Shown: in pieces, positions 49,706 through 61,200 of the stretch
Numbering within the stretch: position 1 is the stretch's first letter
How the letters are laid out: each line of letters opens with the position of its first letter
NCBI GenBank assembly: GCA_965235115.1
Contig: OZ249436.1
Location: 52,454,001-52,518,000, forward strand
DNA from: Laetmonice hystrix
Taxonomy: Eukaryota
Reading direction: 5' to 3'
Length of the DNA stretch: 64,000 bases
Made by a program: the position numbers and the translations under genes
The notes under the pieces: model-generated
Database searches by the model: none
Seen by the model: only the letters and a program-made list of their open reading frames with translations
What the model was told of the DNA's origin: nothing

Positions 49706-50551
49706 AAATGTTCAGAGCGATCCATCGCCAGGGTCCTGTGTGAGGGACGTACATTGTATACCATTCTGACCAAACAAAATGTTCAGAGCGATCCATCGCC
49801 AGGGTCCTGTGTGAAGGACGTACATTGTATACCATTCTTACCAAACAAAATGTTCAGAGCGATCCATCGCCAGGGTCCTGTGTGAGGGACGAACATTGTA
49901 TACCATTCTTACCAAACAAAATGTTCAGAGCGATCCATCGCCAGGTTCCTATGTGAGGGACGGACATTGTATACCATTCTTACCAAACAAAATGTTCAGA
50001 GCGATTCATCGCCAGGGTCCTGTGTGAAGGTCGTAGAGTGTATACCATTCTTACCAAACAAAATGTTCAGAGCGATCCATCGCCAGGGTCCTGTGTGAGG
50101 GACGTACATTGTATACCATTCTTACCAAACAAAATGTTCAGAGCGATCGATCGCCAGGGTCCTGTGTGAGGGACGAACATTGTATACCATTCTGACCAAA
50201 CAAAATGTTCAGAGCGATCCATCGCCAGGGTCCTGTGTGAGGGACGTACCGTACATTGTATACCATTCTGACCAAACAAAATGTTCAGAGCGATTCATCG
50301 CCAGGGTCCTGTGTGAGGGACGTACCGTACATTGTATACCATTCTGACCAAACAAAATGTTCAGAGCGATCGATCGCCAGGTTCCTGTGTGAGGGACGTA
50401 CATTGTATACCATTCTTACCAAACAAAATGTTCAGAGCGATCCATCGCCAGGGTCCTGTGTGAGGGACGTACCGTACATTGTATACCATTCTTACCAAAC
50501 AAAATGTTCAGAGCGATCCATCGCCAGGGTCCTGTGTGAGGGACGGACATT
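49706..50551. repeat. Minisatellite, 71-bp unit (76-bp variant), ~12 copies
   Basis: Unit AAATGTTCAGAGCGATCCATCGCCAGGGTCCTGTGTGAGGGACGTACATTGTATACCATTCTTACCAAACA. Confidence 0.95.
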
Positions 50552-53500
50552 ACAAATCACTGAGATATGGGTTTTAGGAGATCAGTACAATGCGAAGTGC
50601 AAAAGTTGTATTAAAAAGGAAAACACACAGAGAAAACATCTATATATAATATTTATTTTTCCAAAACCGAGCTTTCCATATCCATACAGTCTTTTTGTTG
50701 TCCCATAAACCTCAAACAGCGTAGCAATGTTTTCAAAGTCAAAGAAAGAGTAACATGTAATTTTACACCAGATTTGACAATTCTATACTGTAAGCTTCCA
50801 AGCTATGGTATAAGGCCTTAAAACATGCCCCACGTTTTGAATTCAATTGTTTCAATTGTTATTCATTTGCGGAATAGTAGAAAATGCATTTTCTTCGACG
50901 AAATGCGCGAGTTCCATTGGACTGAAATAATCTTTCCTGGAAAGAACGTTGATTACCCACTCGACTGTCGATTAAACACACGACCCGAACTTCTGTGAGC
51001 TTGATCGATGATTGTGTATGTTGCCTTCAAATATTTACTCAATCGTATCTGTTATTGATCATGTAGAAAATTACATCTGGGTTCAGTGGACGGTACTACC
51101 GGAATACCACAGACTCGCACTTGATTTGTGCACCTCTTCAAATGGTTCTAAACGAAATGCGCGCCGAGTACAGATGCCTGAGGCATTCCTTACTTAGTTT
51201 CCGTCAATTTAGATCAATACGTGAGGTAGTATCCGGAATATGGACCACAGATTCTGGTCACTACTCCAACAACTTTCATCCAATAAATGCCTTTTGTGTG
51301 ACTAAACATCTTTAACACTCTTTGGTAATTTACGGACATGTGTTGAATTAGTCATGGGTATTGACACTGAACCAACAGATGTTGTCTACCAGTACAACAA
51401 ATCTATTGACACATTGAAGGTTCTATATCCGCTGGCAGGTAATAGATATATGGGCCATTCCAAAAAACGGGAACAATTGCTTGTCCAGGCTCGTGTGTGG
51501 GCACCCTTGTACTTAAAATATTATGCAATTAACCATTATCTGTATTAACAATTTACCAGATCTGTATTTTTCCGTGGCACCACTGTATTTAATAAAAGGC
51601 AGTTTACGACATGCACATATTCTATCAGTTTTCTTTTAGAAAATGTGCTTAAATGTGACAAAACTCTCACTTCTTTAGAGCGTGATTCAGCGTAGGGTTC
51701 AGGGTTATGGAATTATGGTGGAAAAAAGTGGCCCTAAATTATTTCAACTACCTCTCTGGGGAAAAAAAAGAATTTCTGCATGGCCAAATCGTGGTAGTTT
51801 ACGAATGTAGGCCTAATTTGAAAAAAAGAATATAAGAAAAATACTTTTTTGTGTAGAAGGCTGGGTAGAGCTGAAAGCAGAGAAAACTTTTTGTACAATT
51901 TATGCAGAGGATTTTGCCACGAAGGAGTTCAACAATATGAAGACACACTGCCACCTATGGTTGTTTACGACATGCATTTCTTGCAGTTTACGAAACGTCC
52001 TTTAAGTGGTTACATGCGAAGGCTCTGGCGGCGTTGCAATAATTATGTCGTCATCACCGATATGAGATTGCCGACACCAATCCAATTTTTTTGGATCCTT
52101 GCGATTCGTGTCGGCGCACAGTCTCGCAAGAAAAAAAACCCTCGACGATGACCCTAGCACATCATGCTCATGCTGCCGATGCTGCCGATAAAAACAGCTG
52201 GGTGATAGGATATCGGCGTCCCACCGTCAACTGACCCAGGTGTTCTTTTGTAAAAATAAGGTTTCAAATGTAGATGAAAGAATCATTTCACTAAAATCTA
52301 TTCCGACTAGAAATCATTTAATTGACATAAATGATTTCTAGTATGATTGCGTTTACTGGTTATAACAGGCCTACCTAGGATGTACTGCATGGTCGATTCG
52401 AGAACCTCTTTCGTCTTGTAAATGTTTCTATCTCTGTAACGAGTTGTTAAATATTTTAGCTGTCTCAAGTTTAGTGCGCCATTAATTCAGGAAACGCTAT
52501 GTCTTAAAGCTACAAAAGGGCCTTGCTTCGGGGGTGGCATGGCATGCCCCCCCCCCCCCTCCAACCTTTGGCGGCTGCCTAAAAAGGTCAAAGGCACCCT
52601 ACTTAGTCTATACCTAAGAACAACAACTCACCTTTTGGTAACGTATCAGGGGTGTCGGAAGCCATTGATAGTTGGGCGGGGGGAGCCTGAAGCCAGTAGC
52701 CGGCCATCTCTGGTCAGCCTATGCCTTGGCATGCAGGAGGGGTTGAGGGCCCTGCCTCCCCGCTCCGAAAACCCGTGCATAGGCCTATATATGTGCATAC
52801 CACAGAAAAATGAGACAAATTATAGACAGGCATAACGCATGACGAATAAAAGGGTCACGCTAGATCTAGGGTCGGCGCTTAGTTCTAGTCTATGCATTCT
52901 ATTGGCCACATTCTGACCAAGAAACGGTAGGATACGGAGTCTCTCTGACCTTCAACTGTTTACTGTAGGAAAGTTATTTTCAGCTAAGTGTTATGAATGA
53001 CTAGCCGTACTAAAGTCAGGTTATCAACATTAGCAAACCATAATTATAGGCACGGCGATGAGCCTGTCGATGGCAGCTTTGTGAAGCGGCTTGTATGGGC
53101 CAGCACCGATTTGAATTTTCAATCGTGCCTTAGAAATTACTATAGGACCAAGCCCAGGCCAGTCGGCATGCTCGAGCTTACTGACCGCTAATGTTAGTTC
53201 TTCATTGTATCATTATCCTTGTGAAATTAGCAGCTAACGTTGTTAATAATTTTCCACCCTTCCAGCAAGATATATTGGCAACGACAGACTGGTTTTGGCT
53301 GGGCGTAGATTCAATCAGTAGGTTATTAGTACGATTTAATTGGGTCTTGTCTTTCCCATTCTGCTACCACCACACCACTTAGTCTTACAGGACTGACTGG
53401 GAAGGTTGTTTGGCATATACCAGCTCGAAGTCAACTTTATAGCTTCACGCAGACTTTATTGGTCAGGTCTCCGCCTACCCGTTCCATGCACCATTATAAC

Positions 53501-55279
53501 CGGACTTTTCCCTGGTCTCCTTCGTCGAATATTTCATTAATGACATAGGCGGATCCATGGGGGGGGGGGGGGGGGGGGGCAGAGGGTTCGAACCAGTTCG
53601 AACCTTGGCAACCAGTTTTTCCTTTCTCGCCATAAAACTTTCTGAATTGACCACGCTGAACCACCACCCCTTAGTCGTCTTAGCAAATTCTACCCCCTGA
53701 ACCCCCGCCACTTTCACCAAAATCCAGGATCCGGGCATTGACAATGCCATATCTAATCAGGTTTTTTTTATCTTCTGTAACCTAAGCGACCATGACCTAA
53801 TGTCACTTAATCAGATCTCCAGTAATATAACGAAACATTCATCATTTTATTTCCTCTTGAGAACGTTGTTATAACATTTAGCAGACATAAAATCAGTCAT
53901 ATTATAGTGAAGATCATATATCAAGACTACTTGTGTAGCCTCCCCAAATACGACCGAAGTATCAAGTTTATTACCGACAGAAATACATTGACAGGGACGT
54001 TATGAAAATCTTCGACCAACTAAGAATACATCATGCTACAGTGGAATCCGGTTATAACGAACACGCTTATAACGAACCTTGCACCTGTACCGTTCCACAT
54101 TAATATTGCGTGAATTACAAAATATCTTTCAAACCCAAACTTATTTCTTTGTCCTAGTGGTGGTAGTTTGACGTCCTGTCGGCCGACGTTATCTTCAGCA
54201 TCAGAACTTCTTTCCTTTTCATTCATTTATTCTGCTAATTCTTGGTTCATGACGATGATGATACAGGAGAAACCCGCAGACCGGGTCAACGTCTTACTCT
54301 TTTTAGATAAATTGCAAGGTTTTTTTTAAAGTAAAACACTACATAGACACGTATTACACGGGCAACCTTACGAGAGTCGAGACCGCGCGGCGAGAATGTG
54401 GCGCTGGAAGCACGGTGGGAACCAAACAGAAATTGTTGAGTGAGTCAGTGAACTAGGCGTTTTACGGCCTGTCAGCAGTAGGCCAGCCATCTTCATGGCA
54501 CAAATAGTACTGTGATACGTTGTTTAATCATGGCACCTATGGAGTCTCAGTGGACTGATAAATGTTGATGAAGTGAAATGGGACCCCACCTCCCTCCCCG
54601 ACAACAAGAACCCTCCCACATTTACAATCCGATAATCCGATATGGTTTCGATTATTACAATGGGGGTGTCATGACATAGTAAGTTATGTATTTTTATACC
54701 GTGTTGCCATCTACGACAATCTTCTAGGTAAAAACATGGGTGGAATACTGGAATACTACACAGTAAACTCCAAAAACAAATACACGTAGGCCCTACTGCA
54801 CATGAAAACACAACACGACCAGCCTGCTCATGCTCGCAAAGTCCACATTTGGGAGGCAGATTACTGCATTACTTTCCAGGAGGACCAAATAGGATCCCAT
54901 CATGGTAGCAAAAGAAAGAAAGAACGGCAGAAAAAGAAAAAGAAAGAACGGGAAACACGGTCAAAAATAATTTCCCCCCTGTCTAGAGGGGAGCATGTAG
55001 GCCTGTTATCCATCAACATGCGGAGAGAAGATCATCTTGACGACGGGAACAAGTCGTTATATTTCATTATCCTGTCCAGTATAATGATGATAAGATACCA
55101 GTAATACAGGAGAACCTCACACAGCAGGCCAGGCAAACTGGTACATGTAGTATTGTGTATGAGCAGTCAATATGAAAATATATATTTTGATATGCTGTAG
55201 AAAACTAATAAAGGGAATATATGGCAGTGTCCAGCAGTATTCAGGTGAGGAATGGTCATAGGGTTTCTTTTCATTATCC

Positions 55280-56401
55280 TCACTCTCCCTGCAATTCATC
55301 TGAAACACAACCAAAATTGCCTCTGTAATATCCATCTTGAAGTGAATTGCAATATTCTTTGTCAATCTAAGTGTTTTGTTACATATAGGACTTCAGCAAT
55401 CATTTGACTCAGAAATTGCATGAGCTTTTGCTTACCGGTAATTAAAATTGGAATCTATCTGACTTAGCCTGACTTATCTGAAGTGGCACCCCAAATTACT
55501 CAAGTACTTACCTTTGAACCCCAGTGACATCACTGTAAAATTTTAGTTTCGAGCAGTTAAACAGTTAAAGTTAAATTCAAAGTTCCTTCCCTGAACCCTT
55601 TCTATGATATTACATATTTTCCTGTCCTCACCTGCTAAATGATGGAATCCACACTCTCGTAAAGCTGAAATCAGGGAGGATGGGGTAGCATTCCTACCCT
55701 TGGAGGTTTTCCACTTGACCAACATTTGATAGGCAGCTTCCTTGATCTGAAGTTGGTTGGCAAACTCAACACTAGTCAGGTCACTTTCATCCAGACCAAG
55801 GCAACGACCCACATTTCGCCAGTCTCTCAGAACATCCGGGTGCTGAGATACTCGTTTGAACACTTTATGGTTTAAATCTATGAAATGAAAATGGTGCATC
55901 GTTGTCAAGACGCATAATTTTACAACCTGTGGCATTAAACAAAATTACACTGAAATACAACTCAAAGACTGAAGGAGTCCAGTTGGATCTAATGTTATAA
56001 TGCGGGTTAATATTACAGTGTAACATTAAATTAAATATAAAGTGATCAATATACATTTTGTATCTTGGTTTCATTCACTCACCTTTTATTGCTTCCTTTT
56101 TATTCTCCACTCTACTCGATTGTAAATCTTTGATGGTCACATCGAGCTGGTCAACAAGCCAGCTGTAGTCTCCCTTCAGAGCATCTCGTAACACTGGATA
56201 GGCCTTCTTTCCTCTGTATGGAAGCATGTTTAGAAGCACCATCACTTTGTCTTTCCTCGTTTTCTCTGCCATGATACGTTCTTGGTCATCGATGCTGATA
56301 ACACCTTCCTGCTGAAGGTAAGGTAAAACATCACCAGGGCTCACATTGTCCAGAAGAGTACTGAGGTTTCTTGTTAGTGTTTTCTTCTCAGATTCATTCA
56401 T
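55280..56401 (-). CDS. CARD + death domain adaptor protein, RAIDD/CRADD-like (194 aa; 201 aa with optional micro-exon)
   Basis: Exons 56401-56083 (CARD: MNESEKKTLTRNLSTLLDNVSPGDVLPYLQQEGVISIDDQERI...LLNMLPYRGKKAYPVLRDALK), 55877-55632 (DD: DWRNVGRCLGLDESDL...KEAAYQMLVKWKTSKGRNATPSSLISALRECG), optional 55532-55512, and 55299-55280 (DELQGE*). GT-AG, all phase 1. An acceptor just before the ATG implies a non-coding first exon. CARD-DD at ~200 aa is the RAIDD architecture; orthology not tested. Confidence 0.85.
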
Positions 56402-57640
56402 CTCTTCAAAAATAGAAATAAAAATAAAAACTCAATTATGTGGTGATGAGGTGGACGAAGTTTCAAAGTAACCACATGCAGTCAGCAAAAGTCACATCGA
56501 GGTTAGAGTCTAAAATTATAATTAGCCTAAGCCTTAATTTCCTTATTCGACACTCCAAAGTTGATGTATTTTCAACAAATAATTTCACAGTTATATGCCT
56601 GCCATACCATTAAAAAAAATATGTACTGGAAAGTTTGGATGGCTTATTATGGCGAAAGTGAATTTAGAACTATAGAAAGTGACTTCCTGAGCTGAAAAAA
56701 AAAACTAGTAGTAGTAGTACATTTTCATTACCGGGTATTATTTTATTGTTATCAAACAGTATAGGCCTAGTACCATATTCATGCACACATGTATACGACG
56801 TAGCCGTAGGCGTACTAACACGTACAGTACAAGTAACATCCATTAGAGACAAAAATAAAACGAACGTACCCTGCCTGGTATTACAAGGGCTAGGCTAGTT
56901 AGAATGTTCTAACCTAGCCTAGGCTAGGCTTGACTTTTGCCCTGACAGTGACAGTCACATTCACATGTGACTGACACAGGACCCGGGGCCAGGGCCCAGC
57001 CCTAGGTAGCCTACTGCTACTGACTGTTGTGTCAGTGGTACAGATAGCTACTTTGTCCTAAACTATAATTAACTGTATAAGGTAGTGCCCGATCCTTCCA
57101 TTACGGTTACCTCCTACATCCACAGTCATACACCTTTACCTATGTTTGATCATTTCCATTCAGTGACGGTCTCCCGATGGGTGAGGACGTCGGCGGAGAA
57201 TCTATAATGACGTCATTAGGTTGGGGAAACCCCAAACAGGACGTAAAATCCAGATTCGGTCACTCTATGGGGTAACCGGAACGGTCTTCTGTTGGCCTCA
57301 GTCTTACAAAGTGACGCGTCTTCATTATAAAGTAAATGTACTCATATTAGCACCTAAAACAAATAAAAAGAGGAGAAGAATGAGCACGCGCCAAAGACGG
57401 TGCTGACATCTAGCGGCGTGCTAGGTTTCACAAGAGCATTCTATTTCTCGCCTGTCTACAGATGTAGAACCAAAACTGCATGAATAACTGCATACTGCAT
57501 ATTTTCAGGAGCTAAAGTTTGGGAAAAGTTGGACCTTTTGGACCATAGCAGATTTTGCCCCGTTGCCATCTTACTATCTTAGCCCTGCACGTGTTATCCG
57601 GTTGAGTCGCATGTGCACAATTTTTGTTTTGTCACAACCC

Positions 57641-57871
57641 TGTAACCCACTCCCTCGCTAGGTGGCTCTGTTGTCGACCTCGACTACTGACTGGTTCCCT
57701 GTTCAACTCCTATCGGAGATGGAGACAGGTACAGTGACAGTAGCGCCTAAATTAGCCCGATTTTGCTGGTGTGTACCTGTCTCAATCTCCGACGGGAGGG
57801 AGGAGTGAACAGGGGACAAGTCAGCCTCGACTACAGAGCCACCTAGCGAGGGAGGCGGGAACCAGCTTACA
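57641..57871. mobile_element. Foldback element (~90-bp imperfect arms) in the divergent promoter region
   Basis: TCCCTCGCTAGGTGGCTCTGTTGTCGA...GAGACAGGTACA mirrored by TGTACCTGTCTC...TCGACTACAGAGCCACCTAGCGAGGGA; ends TGTAA...TTACA. Confidence 0.7.
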
Positions 57872-58212
57872 CTTTCCCTCTGCTTCCCTTTCCTCCAGAG
57901 AAAAGCCTTGTCATTTCCACAAGTTCTTTTTCCTCCGAAGTCCTCCGTATCAGTTATAAAGGTTTGAACTTATGTGCGTTCAACACTTTAGCCATATGGG
58001 TGGTCTCCGGATGTGGGTCGAGGTGTTTGACCTTGACCTCAACCGCTTCTAATCAAAACGAGGCACATATTTGGCAGCAGCGGCAACGTGAAAACGTTGT
58101 CGGGGTAAACAAATAAGTGCGACAGACGTAAAATAGAGACTGCCAGGGCCGTAACTTACGAAAATAGGCGATATTTATGTGCAAGCAGTGATAAAGGAGA
58201 AAACCTGTGAAA

Positions 58213-61200
58213 ATGGTAAGTGGACGATGTTTTTCTTGCTGTTTTTCTGCGTGGCCGTGGATGCATGGGGACGGGCACGGCACTGCCACTGCCACAGACT
58301 GGCCGCTGCCACTGCCGCACCCGCCGTGATATGACCCTGGCTGTTGCAAGGCGTAAAACCCCAAATACCCACCCGCCACTGCCGCACTGCCTGGCCATAC
58401 GCGGCCATACTCATGTCACTGAGACGAGAGTGGGACTGACTTACTGTCAGTGTCACTTACGCCAGTTACGGTGCCTGTCTACTCTGCCTATGAACGCCAC
58501 ACAAGTTTAACTACACCTACCAATGCATTGCCAATGCCAATGGTATAGGCTATGTCCAGGGGCGGATGTAACTTGTCTATTCGGGGGGGGATTTGGGAAA
58601 AAGGGGGGGGGGCGGACATTGCAGACCCCCCCCATCCGCCTCTGATGTTTTGATAGATTAGAACCCAATAATTATGACCCCTCATACTGCAAGTGGAAGA
58701 TACTGCCGCAAGCGATTATGCATCATAATTAATGGACAGTGGTGCGTATCAAATGGTTCCGGCGTATGTTTCTGTGTTTTTTTTTTAGCATTACCATCAG
58801 CTAGGCAGGAATGTGCCTAGTGCCCACAAAGGGCAGCGCGGGGTGGAACTGCCCGGCCCCCCAATTTTAACCGCCCAGCACAAACCCAAAATGGTTCAAG
58901 TGCTGCCCGGCAGGAAATTTATTAGGCTTATATCATCCAAGCAGCAAAATAACCTGTTTCGCATCGCAAATTGCTATACAAGTAATACAACTGATGCATT
59001 TTGCTAATCATTTTCCTAAATGTTCGGTATAATTTAAAAATAGTACTATCTGCGAATCAATTTTTTATTTTGCTAGTCAGATTTTCTGGATTATTTTGGG
59101 CCTTGTCATCTAAAAAAATAGCCCCCCCCCAAGTATGAAGTAATGCCAGTGCTTGCAATGTCTCATAACGTACAGTCTGAGCACCCACAGTTAATAAGTA
59201 TTACATTAGATCAGGTAGATATCAATCATATTATATCGGGCAGGGGTTGAAAAATCTGGAGGGAAGCAAATGCATTAAATTAGTCCGAGGAGTGAGAGGC
59301 ATGCACCTTTATCCCACAGACGTGCCGATAAAATAAGCTATATTGAATTTGTAGCTTGAACATGGTCATACAGGACCAGGGAGAATGAGGCCAGGAATAG
59401 ATAGCATTGTATGATTTTGATGACATTCCTCATATTTTTAAGTGACCCTTAATACTTTGAAATGATTACAAAACATGTCTGATTTATTATGTTTGACATT
59501 GGATAGATGCTTTCAAGGACCAAGCCGGCCAATGCACCACCGGCATCAACAGCAGCAAAGGACCAAAAGAAGAAAAAGAAAATTCCCAAATTGGACGACC
59601 TTTTGAATAACAGAGACTATACAGGAGCAATGACTTTGTTAGAGGTAAGCAAAATGTTATTCATGGTGTATTTTTTATAATGGAGATGAATGAGTTGTAT
59701 TCTTTGTACATAAGAAAGGAATAGCATTAATATTAATGAACCAAACATTGCTAATGTTTTCTAACTTATGTGCCTCAGGTTTGCTTTCTCTTCTTTTCAG
59801 TTTAACAGAAACAATGGCAAGGTTGATGAAGAAACTGATCTGTGGATCGCATACTGTGCATTTCACCTTGGAGACTACAGGCGAGCTATGGACGTAAGGA
59901 ACTTAGTTTTCTTTTATGCTCATCGTTCATGTTTTATCCAGTATATTGAAAGAGTCCAGTCCACATAACATTATATTTATAAGAGTAGACTAGTTTACAG
60001 GCCCGTAGCCAGTGGAGTATCGGGGATATCCTACAATATCCCCGGCTGAGCCACAGTAGTTCCGACCTGGTATGAAATCACTGGTAGGCGAAGCTAAAAC
60101 TACCGAATGAGTTCTGCTTGCGGTTGCCATATTTAAGATACCCCCTGCAAAAAGGTTCTAGCTACGGGCCTGGTTCTAATAGCCTTCAGCTTCTGTATGA
60201 CATCCCATGATCATTGTAAAAGTCCATTGACAGGATACTGTGTGTTCTTATTGTAGGAGTATGAACGATTGACGAGGAAGGAAGGATGCCATCCAGATGT
60301 ATTCGTCAACTTGGCCTGCTGTTACTTTTTCCTTGGCATGTATCCAGAGGCTGACGAGGCCTGCCAGAAAGGTGAGCAAGCAGCTTATACAGAATCATCC
60401 AATGATGTTGGAGTTGCTGGTATACCAAAACATTAACTTTAAAAAATCCCCTTGTGATATTCAAGTTAGTGAAATATGAACATGTTCAAGTACCTTTTTT
60501 TTCTAATTACTTAAAGGCATTTCTAAGAAATATATTCATCAGCTCTTCAGAGTATGCTACTCAGTCCTCATACCTGCAAATGTGACTATTTCCTGACCCA
60601 TTCTGGTCAGAGCACCTGCTGTAGGCTGCAGTTTAGTGTGCCCTTATTGTCCAGACAACAAACAACGATCAGCTGTCAGATATCATCCAATCAGCATCGA
60701 GTTTATAAAAGTAAACATTTTGAAAATCCTAAGGACACATTCAAGAGCAGAACAAGACTTTTCTTTGTTTCTAATAGACTTATTCCGTTATTGCCAAAGA
60801 TTTGGTTGATGGATATAAATATATTTCCTATATTGCCTATTTTTAACCCGGCCATGATCATGGTGTGCAGTTATAACCTCAAGCAGGCCATGATCAAAGC
60901 CTCAGAAAGCAACTTTGAATTTGTGTTGTGGTTTCCCCAATCTGTTGTCAACTGGCTCTTGAACTTAGCTGGTAGGAAATGTTTTGGTGATATAAACAGT
61001 TGTTACAGTTTTAAAGATTGTCAGGAATTTCCTGTTGCAAGTGAGATGGCTGATAATAGCTGATGTCAAAAAGGTGGCACCATCTGTCCCCGGCTACCCA
61101 TACTTGGTGGATAACTTCCGAGTCCCAGTACATGTAACAGGTTTCTTTGACAATGAAAGTGTTGCCCTTGCTAATGTGAATAATCTGATCGAACATCTTG

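Noticed and set aside
54245..54500. SINE-like fragments
   Set aside because: Only a vague resemblance; no TSD or Pol III boxes could be fixed.
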